Shown one piece after another: positions 1 through 11,000 of a stretch of 64,000 bases of DNA. Every line of letters begins with the position of its first letter. Position 1 is the first letter of the stretch. The DNA lies in the NCBI GenBank assembly GCA_030704615.1, contig CM060732.1, positions 26,908,001 to 26,972,000 of the forward strand. The letters run 5' to 3'. Position numbers and translations under genes: made by a program. Origin of the DNA: Takakia lepidozioides (Eukaryota; Plantae; Bryophyta). Below the pieces are notes generated by a model. It was not told the DNA's origin and ran no database searches. It saw nothing but the letters and a program-made list of their open reading frames with translations.

Positions 1-290
1 AAATGACCGGAAAGTCTTTGACAATTTTATCAAAGACATTTTTTTATATTAATTTATTAGTTTTTAATTCTGTTTTAAATGAATAAATTTGATATAATAT
101 AAAAACATACATATACATACAGAAGGGGGTACTTTGTAAAAATTGGAATTTCTTGTATATTTACAGGAGGGGGTTTTATAATCTTCAAAAAGTATGTACA
201 GAGGGGGTATAAAATATCCAAGGACCCGGGGGTTTTTTTTATTAGGCGGTGAACGCACATAATAAGCACAATTTATAAAGAGTGCACCCC

Positions 291-1160
291 CTAGGCCTCC
301 TTCCTAGGGGCTTTACCACTGGTAGCCAGCTCCTTCATTTTGATTTTGACTTCTTTAACCATCTGATCATTGTTGTCAAACTCCTTCCGTTGTGCCCAGG
401 TCTGAACAGAGGTGGGAAGACCTTGCCAAAAGAACATTTTGACCATCCTAGCTCTCTCTTCAGGGTTCTTGAAATTCTCTGTGACCCCTACTTTAATATC
501 CAGGTAATATTGCCACAAAGGCTCACCCTCTTTGTACTTTCAATAGTAGAACTTCCCAAATGTTTCCAAGGGCAGCTCTTGTCCAAAACCTGATTCCATG
601 AAGGGTACTTCTCTTCCACAAGGTCAGCATTCAGTAGGGTGCGGGCTTGCCCTTTCATGGCCAATTGAAAGGCATGTATCTTGAAATCTTCAGGAACCCC
701 ATTAAGCAGAGTAGTGCTTTCAAACAATTTGAGAAACTCAACAAAGTCTTCTCCTACTTTGTACTCTGGGTAAGATTGAGCCTGTACGTTGGGTATTGAC
801 TTCCGAGGGATAGGCACAGAGACAACTGCAGGTTTCAGGGTAGCTTCCCTTACCTCCATGGCAGCAGCCTGTTTCATGAGTATTTTCAAGAGAGAAGGAC
901 ACTTGGACAACACATCCATAGCTTCACTCAAACTACAAATGTTAGCATTGCATGCAGCTACTTCAGGGTCAGCATTAAGTGTTCCTAAGCCATCAGTATC
1001 CACTACTTCTTCTATCAATGATGGAATATCACTATCAGATTCGGGGTTTTCTTTAGACGGGGGTTTGATGACACTAAAATTCAGTCTGGTAGGGATTTCC
1101 TTGTTTGCATTCGGATTATGCAGGGGAGAAACTACCAGAGAGATTCCATAACTGGGGCCT
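291..1160 (-). mobile_element. Ty3/Gypsy gag remnant (frameshifted)
   Basis: ORFs 488-1018 and 291-518 give YKVGEDFVEFLKLFE...KIHAFQLAMKGQARTLL and YYLD...FWQGLP, resembling retrotransposon gag; split by a frameshift. Confidence 0.6.
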
Positions 1161-1519
1161 TCTTCAGGTGCTGGTACATTACATCTGAATAGCTTGGGCC
1201 CGTCAATGCCCTACCTACTGCCTCCATGCATAGTGTGTATGTATAGACATAGAGGCAATCTCAGTCATCGAGCGCTACTAGAGGACCAGGCATATTTATT
1301 TCAAAGCTTCGTGTTGAATTCCATGTTCATGATTTTCTAAATATATCCTCTCAAACACTCAATCTGATCAGTATCCAGAGAGTAGAGAGGAACGCCGCTG
1401 GTGGGCAGTGGGAAGGCCCCCCTTTTAATGGTGCTGCTCCTCCATTCACCCCCCCTGATGGTGATGATCAAGATTCCACACAGCAAGGGGATGTGGCGTC
1501 GTAGGCTGCAAACAAAAAA

Positions 1520-1900
1520 GGCTGGCTACAAATGAACATTTTGCAAGGCCTTTGCCACTGACGATGCGTCACCACAGATATGTGTTGGTGATGGTGGAGC
1601 ACTTCTCCAAGTGGATTGAGTTGGTTCCATTGCCTGACAAGGCTAGTGAGGGGGCTACGTATGCAATCCTGGATTGTGTGCTTAGCCGATTCGGTGCTCC
1701 AGCTGAGGTACTCACAGACCAAGGGAGAGAGTTCTTGGGGGAGTTAAGCCTTGATAGACCACCGTACCATTTCTCAGGATCATCCTGAGGCCGATGGCTT
1801 GGCAGAGAGAGTGGTACAGACGGTGAAGAGGGGTTTGCGCAAGTTTGGCTTGCAAAATGGACACCTAGGAGATTGGGAGCTTTAGGTACCTTGGTTAGAG
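1520..1900 (+). mobile_element. Ty3/Gypsy integrase core (rve) fragment
   Basis: RYVLVMVEHFSKWIELVPL...RFGAPAEVLTDQGREF, then after a frameshift DHPEADGLAERVVQTVKRGL; retroviral integrase motifs. Confidence 0.85.
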
Positions 1901-3322
1901 ATCAACAAACTCCCTGATATTATCTCCCTCCTTAGCTTCCCTCTCATCACTTCCCCACTCCAGAAGCGAGGTACACACAGACATTGGTCGCAGGTAGCTT
2001 GCAAGCTGAGCTGTCCAAAGCACTTTATCAACATGGTCCAATCTGTCCCACATGGCACGTCCTGTATCAAAATCTAACAAATTTATATGATCATCTCACA
2101 GTGTAAACCAGAAATTTCCACAGTTAGCAATAAAGAAAAACTCGTCATCACAGTGGTGCAATTTGTGTAGATGAACCCCTGATGAGATGTTTTAAGATGC
2201 CATGGTCCTTGAGATGAGAAAATTTTTAGCACAAAAGAATCTACAAGTGGGAAATTACTGCCTGAATAAGCTGGCCAACTCGAAATGAGTGATCATCCCC
2301 TCTGAATAATAAACAAGCCATGGGTAGGCCCAGCCTTTGGCAGAGTTCTACCATTGGCTGCTGGACATAACCTTAGGTGAATGGCATAGGTGTGCTAGCA
2401 GTGTGGTTTTTGTGAATGCCGTACATGAAGTGGTAGAGAAAGAGCATGGACGTACTGGATTAGCAAGGTGGTTTCTTGCTCCTCTATGTCGGCCACAATT
2501 TCTCCTCACAATGACTGCACTCCCTTTACCCTCCTCTTTCTACCTCGCAACCAGCAGCACATAGCTTAGGTCAAGCCAAACTAGTATTAGCCATCTTCTA
2601 CCTCTAACTTCACAGGAACAGTGTGTGAAGTTACGTCTCCATTACTGAGATACCACGAGCTTCATGGACAACAGAGCTCTCTACACCTCTGTTGGGCAAT
2701 GCCATACCAACAGAATTACCCTTGGTTAAGTTAAAATAATGACAACCAAATTCTGCATGAGACAAAGACAAACCTGACACTTGGTGGTGTACCTGGCGGT
2801 TAGCCAGTGAAGCATTCTCTACCAACAAATACATTGCTCACCAACATGTCTCTTGCCTGCATGTGCAGTGCTACTTGACACTGTAATTGGCTGATGATTG
2901 GTTGCTCCGGTTTCTTGTTCTTTGGAGGTCCTCTATCTGTTTCTAGTTTCTACCTCCGTGCAACAGGTGCATGTTATTTTATTTTTATGTAGACAACTAT
3001 CTTTTTTCAAGAATGTATCTTCGGACATATGGTTGTTCTCAATTATCTCAAAATGCTAATGTCGTTGTAAGCAAAATAATTGGGGCATGTGTATAATTTC
3101 AAATAATAAAATATGCTTTAAATAAAGACAAAATAAATGATGAATGCCGGAACAAATACTACTCTGTCTTGTGGGTATGGTTTGTTTCGTGACCGGTTGG
3201 TCTGGGGCGACCTCTCTTGTGTTCCCAATGGCTTATCTGAAAGGGGGTTCATTTCCCCCTCCTAAGGGTCTGAACTGTGAGTAGTCGCTCCTAGGTTTCC
3301 TTAAGAAAAAAAAAAGAACAAG

Positions 3323-3356
<34 letters not shown>

Positions 3357-4217
3357 GAGGGATTCAAGGTGAATATGTGATTTGAAATTGTTAAACATAC
3401 CCTAGCTGTTTACTTGGGGGGGTCACTTCCCATATTTTCAAAACCACGTGAGAACAAATATAGGGTGCAATTTCTTTATTTGAGATAAATTTTAGAAAAG
3501 TTTTACTTAGAAAATATGGTAAGACAATATCTTTTCACCCAATTTTTTTTATAAAAAATGGCACAAAAAATCCAGAGTTTTACTTAAAATGTTAATGTAG
3601 TAAAGGGTTTTATCTACAGTATGATGTATCCATCATTGTGAAGTTTCTCATATTTCATCCAGCTCTAATCCATCAGGATGAAATTAGGTAGAGGTCACCT
3701 GAAGTTTAAATACGATTCCAGCGATACATAGTGGATTGATGTTGATACCATAATCTCAATAGTGACTATGACATTTGAACCATCTCAAAACTTGTACTCT
3801 TTAGATCCAAGTGATGTTGCGGCTTTCAATGAGTCGTGGCTAACGAAAATTAAACTTTTTCTTGGGTCTGGCATTTGACTTATGTTATATGCAATGTACT
3901 TGTTTGTGTACATGCTTTGAAGTTTTATAATTATATAAAATGAAAATTTAAAATAGGGTCTAATTAATTGTTGCAAAAGAAAAATAGGGTGTTAGAAAAC
4001 AAAGGGTTTTACAATATTACCTAAAGATAGGGTGGAAAAAAATGCAAAATTTTAAAAATATAGCCTAGTATAAATATATTTTTGTACGCACGTGATATGA
4101 AAAAAAATACATATAGTGACCCCCCCTGGCTGTTTATAGAGGAGATGTGCAATGCCATAAGCACGTTCGGAATGGTGGCTTTCCATTCACCTGCACGCTT
4201 CGTACTTGCCTATACAC

Positions 4218-5076
4218 CAGTGTTGTGCGGGTCCAGGTTTTGAAGGCGGGTACCCGGCGGGTTAGGATCCGGGTTACCCGGACCCGGACCCGTGCTATCA
4301 CAAAAAACCCGGACCCTAACCCGGATTCATTTCTAAAATGAACCCGGACCCGGACCCGCGTGCTGGGTCCAGAACCTGTTAAACCCGCTACCCGTGGGCC
4401 AATGTAGCAGGTCAGGGTCCGGGTCTTAGATGTGGAGGGGACGAGCAGCAATAGGCCGGCCAGCCCCACCACGTAGTAGCCCAGTGGTAATGCCCACATA
4501 ACACCTCAAAAGCGGTTGTGGGTTCAATCCCCGGAGTGGTGTCACAAAGTTGTGCCCTCCGGGACCATAATTTATACCTCCCAAAGGAGACGTCATATAT
4601 TATTATTATGCCAGATCCCACACATCCATGCTATAGTGATCTACCCTTGAGGCATATTACTATTCTTAACATGTTTAAAGAATTGATATTGAAAAATAGA
4701 CAAACTTAATTTAATTCTTATTCATGGTATACATATTCATATTCATGATATATTTTGAAGGAATGTCTCTTAAAATAAAATTCGTTATTAGGATTTTTTT
4801 TTCCAGCCAAAAATAAATTTATCCCTAATTAATCTTATTTTTCTAATTTATTTAATCAATAAATTAGGACCCAGATCCGAACCCCTGAACCCGCTAATAT
4901 TTCCCAACAACTACCCGGACCCTAACCCGAGTCCGTGTTGACAAACCCGGACCCGAACCCGGACCCGGATTTTCCAAATTTCAAAAACCCGGATCTGGAC
5001 CTGAACTTGGCTCTGAAAAAAAACCCGCACCCGGACCCGGCGGGTTCCTTAAAAAGGCAGAACCCGCACAACACTG
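4218..5076. mobile_element. hAT-type MITE / non-autonomous element
   Basis: 15-bp TIR CAGTGTTGTGCGGGT at 4218 and its inverse ending at 5076. 8-bp TSD CTATACAC (4210-4217) / CTATACAG (5077-5084). Many subterminal (GG)ACCC repeats. Contains a tRNA-like SINE head at about 4465-4560. Confidence 0.9.
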
Positions 5077-5515
5077 CTATACAGACCTTTTATGCTCCTT
5101 AGGTGCAGAGTCCATGGCCTTGTGGTCTGTGTACACTTAAGCCAGAGTGAAAGCCATGATACATCATCCTAAGTTGATACACAATGCAAACTGCAGTCAA
5201 CAGTATGACTGACACAGGCGAGAGGATTGCTCGAAAAGTGCCCGAAAATGTTTAACAAGATATCTTTGAAGTTATCAGATTTGGGTTGATGCCAGACTGA
5301 ATGACAAGTTTTGTGGTGCTATGAAAGCCCCTCGACTATGGTTCCTTAAAGATACTAGTTACAAATGTTCGAGTGAAAACTCTCCAATGTCGTCTAAGAC
5401 TACCGCAGTGAACCAAATACCTCGCGCTCTCTCTCTCCAATAGGTAATGATGCATTTCTCGGCCACTCCCATGTTGTAGGAATGCACACAAGCTTCCCTT
5501 GACTAACCTTCAAAA

Positions 5516-6061
5516 TTACACTCGTTGAGCACAGTTCTCACACCAAGAGACGCGGGGCCGCCGCTTCCTGACACTCCGGGCTGGTTTCCAGTCCACATCA
5601 AGCTCTTCCAGCCCGGAAGAAGCGCAATCTGAAACAACAACAGTACGGGTTTCAAAAAATAGCTCTATTTCGATAGACTCATTTTGGCCTCCTGCAACCC
5701 TCAGCTCCTCGATGACCCTCTTGGACTCCTCAAGTTCCCTGCACAATTCCTCCATCCACTCCCTCTTCTCGTCCTCCATGGCAATCACTAGCCTTCGCAG
5801 CTCCTTGACTTGTTGGGTCAAACTATCAACAAGTTTGGATTCTCCGGTACTGCTGGGCTCTGCCGCGGTTTTATGCTCCACCACCTTCAGCAAGGCATCA
5901 ACTTTTTCATTAGTGCTCATAGATTGTAAGTGTTGGGCTTGCTTGTACAGAGGAGCACCTACCATCCCAGTGATTTCCATATACTGGAGATGCTTAGCTT
6001 GCTTGTACAGAGGGACCTGGGCTTCAGTAATGGGATACAACATGATAGTGGCACCGCCCAT
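5516..6061 (-). other. Orphan ORF (181 aa) with coiled-coil-like segment and internal 60-bp duplication
   Basis: PLYKQAKHLQYM / PLYKQAQHLQSM duplicated; heptad-rich LTQQVKELRRL...LCRELEESKRVIEEL; no family recognised. Confidence 0.25.
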
Positions 6062-6649
6062 CTTGGACCAGCGATCTTCTCCCCAACTTGAGGAATGAAC
6101 TTCACCCCAAAATGTTGACCAGAGCTAACCCCATAGTGATTAAGCAACAAGTGACATCTATCAATAAATCCAGCGTAGTGAGATAGGTTCCTGGCCACTG
6201 CATCCACTAGAAGCTCCCAAAGTTTAAAGTTTCGAAAAACTTCCGTGTAGAGAATCTAGAATCATGGAAATTTATTTGAGGGTGGAGCAGGCCCAAGATT
6301 TACACTTTCTGGAGCAGATGGAAGCTCGATGGGTGGGGGAATCGAAGGTGGAGATTGCAGCTTCATCTCAGGCACGGCTTTCGTCTGCCGATTTTTCTTA
6401 CGTGCCATAGGAAAGGAAACAAGAAACCATTGGCCCCAGTAAGAGAAACACCCACAGGATGACTTTTCACCCAGCCACGCATCTCATACAACAATCACCG
6501 AAAAAGACCCCCAACAAGAGAGCAAGACGAATATGTTGCAATCAAATGGATGACGTCAATACGAGAAAGTGACTAACCGTGGCGGCGGGATGGGTTACGA
6601 CCGTATTTCACTAATGTACACATTACTCCTGACTCTTATTAATTGCCTC

Positions 6650-7121
6650 TTTAGCGGCAGTATATGCTTGTAGGCCAATGGGCAGTGGATGAACCTAACT
6701 GATGCTGAAAGAAACCACATAAAAGAACCATTGTAGTGCTGCAGCTCCTCAGAAGGTATAGGGTTAGATTTACCCGAGCTAGAGCAAAAGACTCTGATAG
6801 CATGGCGAGAGGTACTGACAGGCAACAATTGAGGCACTGGATTGAACAAAAGGCCATCTGGTTGCACACGGAAGCTAATCCCACAGAAGGAGTTGGGGCT
6901 TCTGGTAGTAGCATAGAAAGCCTTAATCACAGATCCCACAGAGAAGCCGAGCCACCGAGGAAGGGTGTAGTTTCCTTGCTGAGAAACCAAGGCAGTCCAG
7001 AAGGAGTCCAGAATGAAGGTCACCCATAACCACATTCCAACCACTGTTGATTCTTCTCAGGGGAAAATTAGTAGCAGCAGAGGAATGGGAGATGATAGTA
7101 CCCGAATCCATGTCCCAAAAG
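6650..7121 (-). mobile_element. LINE ORF2 remnant, left part, interrupted by the MULE
   Basis: Removing the MULE and one TSD copy restores the minus-strand reading SAGLYDLSHFWDMDSGTII. It continues from PSSFDEVLRQPLF (about 18860-19085 after removing the SINE), which resembles the post-RT region of L1-like elements. Confidence 0.55.
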
Positions 7122-7135
7122 GTGGGGTGCTATTC

Positions 7136-7272
7136 CGTGAGCCCGGAGGCGTGAGCCTGTGAGCCCAGGAAAGCGTGAGCCCAGCATAGGCTCACGCCAC
7201 GTCAGCATGCAAACAATGCCTATTTCCGCGGATGTCACCTATTTCCGAGTGGTGTCACCTATTTCCGCGGGT
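7136..7272. repeat. Left subterminal repeats of the MULE (CGTGAGC motifs; 3x CCTATTTCCG-containing unit of about 19 bp)
   Basis: Four GTGAGCC plus one inverted GGCTCACG at 7136-7198; CCTATTTCCG three times at 7219-7268. Confidence 0.8.
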
Positions 7273-8011
7273 TGATGTGGGTAGAATTGAGAATGCCTGA
7301 ACAGTTTTTGATGAGGTGGACTTCACCGTGATGGATTCACCAACCATTCTTCTAGCAGGAATAGTTTGGGGACCAACTAGCAAATGATGCGAGAATGCTC
7401 TACACGAACCAAAGTGGTTTGTTTGTTTTCGCAATGTACTCAAGTCTGTGAGGTCCACAAAACACCAAATAGATTGAAGGAACAATCCAGGCAGTCCATG
7501 CAACCCCCATCTCCAACAATAGTTTGTAACCATGAATGTGAATTCCACGCACACATTGCAAATAGGACAACAAGGACACACAACCATCCCATTTCAAATT
7601 TGGCCCAGAATTAAACCAAAAGAAAACTTCATATCAAGTGTCGCAGTCATCACAATCAGTGTCCACCTCCTGTGCTATGTCATCTACAAAGATTCTGGCC
7701 CCAACACCACGTGTTCTACGAAGGCCGTCGTAAGGTGGACTCCGAGTGCCATGAACGGACATGCTTGCTGCGAGTGCCTCCGCATAGACAGGTAGCACGC
7801 AAGACCGAGGAGGACTGCAAACAAGTCCAAATAGGTGTGATAGCCCTGGAGGGCAAGTGGAAGCACGCGGACTCCTGCACACAAAACCCCATTTTTAACA
7901 CAATGATGCAATGCACAAGTCCAACAAAGAGGATGTCTCCCATGTGCACTTTGCCTCAAGAACAGCAATTCTCGATATTGAAACAACAATGCAAGCATGC
8001 ACAGGTTGAAC

Positions 8012-11000
8012 TTACTCACAGGCAAAGTCGGAGTCCAGCTCCTTGTCAGAAGTCCCCTTTGTATCAGTATCAGCGGGACGGGGCTTCGGAAGGACTTGAG
8101 AAGTGTGTCCACCCAAACCCATCAGGAGGTTCTTGTAAATCTCAGCATCCCCTTCAATCCCAAAGAGATGTCGCGCACTGGCCTTGCAAGCGTGGTAAGA
8201 AGCACCCGCAGTGGAATAGAATGAATGAAGCAGACATTGAAGACACATTCGGAACGGTGGGAAGTGCTGAAAGTGCAAGCTCAATCAAACCTCATGAAAT
8301 GTGAATGTTGAAGAGACGAACCTATGCCCATCGACAAATCCAGAACTCTGGCGTCTGTGTAGGTGCAGCACTCCACAATCGTTTGAATGAAAGCCGGGCT
8401 CCTCTCCCTCGCCCCTCTCCAAGGAACCCCATTCCCCCTTCGCAAGCACACGTTGCTGTCGACGTAGTTGTGATGCATGTCATCCGTGGGAGGATCTGTC
8501 CTGTCATCTATGAACTTGGCCCCATGAGTGATGGCGAACTCGGTAATGCCGGCCGGAGTCGTTTGTGGATGCACCCGGACGAGACAAACAGCTTCAAACA
8601 TACTCATGAATGTCGAGGTCGGCTGCTGCGGCAGTGGCTGCAATACGGTCATTCTCTCTCCTCAAAGACACCTCTGGAGCTGGGGTCTCAGAAGGAGGGC
8701 AATCCAAATACCAACCACAAGAAGAAAGATGGTCTGGGCCCCAGTCATGCAAGATCCCAGTAGTAAACATTGTCTGGTTGCCAGCAGGGACAAGCCACAG
8801 GTCGACAAAATCTGGATGTTTGTCCAGGCAATTCTCTTCCAGGAGAACAAACTTTATGTACCTGCAGCAACAGAGACAGCCTCATTTTACAATGGAAATA
8901 TTGTGTGGCAACTTTTCCATCACACCAGGAAGACCCCCTTCAACAGTATGCCACATTACACATTGCAACCATAGCACAAATAAGTAGTGCAAGAGTGTGC
9001 ACCTGTAAAGGCATCGTTTCCAGGCTTCCTCTCATTTTTCTTGCTGGTCCAGCTCATTTGTTCGACTGATGCCACCCTCCTTGCTGAACTCTCTAAAGAA
9101 ACAAGAGTGCCACACTGTGGCTCTCCATTTCCTCATGTATGCTTCAAAGGAGACCTTTGGTGCTGTCATAGTGATGCCATAGTCAGCCAGCTGAGTATGC
9201 AGAACCGACCGTGCCCTTTCTTCCAACTGCAAAACAATTCAAATGCAAGAATGAACCCAAAAACAATCACAGCGAATGCGAGAGGCAATGGAAAGAGAAG
9301 GACAGGAAAAGAGAAAAGAAAGTGACACAAGAAATGACATCACACCTGGCTCCAGTAAGTGGCCTTGTGAAGCCATGTGTCCAGCACATTGTCACTGACA
9401 GGAATGACACGCTGGGTCTTTTTCTCTTTCTCCGGCCTGGGGAACATGTGGGTATCCCTAACTGTGGGATCGGAGTTCCATATCTGTAGCCACTTCACCT
9501 TCTGTTCTGAAGACACAACGGCGGTAGACAACCTGTGCAACTTCTCCTGGGCCATCTCTGGCTTGCCTGGCTTGTTATAATGGTTTTTTATCTCCAGGAG
9601 AAACTGCGATCCGAATGATGGGTCGGCAATTCTCAACTGCTTCACGAAAGCACTCATTATAGTCCTTCTTGTAGCGGTCATCTCTTTCTGGATGTGACTC
9701 TCAACCCCCTTTGTTGTCCTTCTCTCCTCAGGGGTAGAGCTGTAGTATTCCAGTTTGCCACGCTCCCCTGCATCTGCAATGTCTTGCTGCAAGGGAATGC
9801 AAGAGAGTTGCATCAGCACAAGGTCAAGAGAAACAAACAGAAACAAACATGTGGAATATGGAAGACCAGATGAAGGAAGATGTATCTCACCGTGTACATG
9901 TACTCCATGAAAGCCTCACGGGTCAACGAGTACCACGTTTCCGATGTCTTGGAGGTTTCGCACTTCTTGTACGTCTCCGCTGAAAGGATGGTCTTGAAGT
10001 TGGTCAAGGGCATCTGCCCGATCCTTTGTATCCTATACAGTGTGTGAATTAAACTCGTTTTGACATGCGATGTCTCCGTTCCTCTGCAGAAAGATATCTG
10101 TAAGTCAGAATGAAATTCAAGGTCTTCAATCAAAGAAGAACGGAACCACAAGTGGAACATGTAGAATGAGAAACCAACCTGTTCACATCATTCATTGCCG
10201 TCAGAAGACCCATCATGTTCCCGTCACAATCCAGCACCATCGATCGAACAGAGTAATGCCACTCTTCCTCCTGTGAGTGCAGCCTCCCAATGACAGCCAT
10301 CCATGCAAGCAAGCGGTGGTTCCCATCCCAAACGTGAAACATCTTTCCCGAGAATGCCTGGGTGGAAGGTTTCCTGGAGAGAAGAAGTTCGAAGGATTCG
10401 TTCAGCTGTCTCCAAATGGGGTCCCAGGAGTCCACGATTGAGTCATCCACGAGGAGCTCATTACCTTTGGAATCCCTAGTAGCAACGTAAAAGACTGCGG
10501 ATCCATCCAAATACCCATGAACAAACTCGGCCTCCAGCTTGAGAATGTCCTTCACGAGGGGTGGACGAACGACGGGCATGGAAACCAACCTACACAACGG
10601 AATCTTCAACCTCCCACCCGGGGCAAGCATACTTTGCACCACAAGCTGAGAGTTTACCTTCTGACCCCCCAGCATCTCAGCGGCTTTGCTTTCATAGAAC
10701 TCATCGTCCACATCAACAATTATCTCCTTCTCCTGACCCGAAGGGACCTCATCTGCCACACTTTGCGTCTTCTCCTGCAGGGTTGTTCATTCAACTTGAT
10801 ATTAGAGAGGCATGAAATGTCGGCTGAGGCATGAAAAAGTGGGCTCAAATAGTGTGCGTTGACGTACACTATTTTAAGTTGCCAGGTAAGTGTACATTGA
10901 CCCTCACAGACATGTCCTATGTTGCCGAATTCCACAGAAAAAGACAATGTAAAAGTGGGCTCAAACAGTGTGCGTTGACTCACACTGTTTCACTTGCCAA

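Noticed and set aside
4465-4560. tRNA gene
   Set aside because: Has A and B boxes but no cloverleaf or acceptor stem; it is a SINE head. The same applies at about 37480-37545 and 55655-55715.
7255-8000. A third gene in the MULE (overlapping ORFs at 7634-8304)
   Set aside because: No recognisable domain or consistent splice model; likely 3' UTR or shadow frames.
8480-8500. TDPPT as the methyltransferase catalytic DPPY motif
   Set aside because: No aromatic fourth residue, no preceding hydrophobic strand, and it sits just before motif X, in the TRD position.
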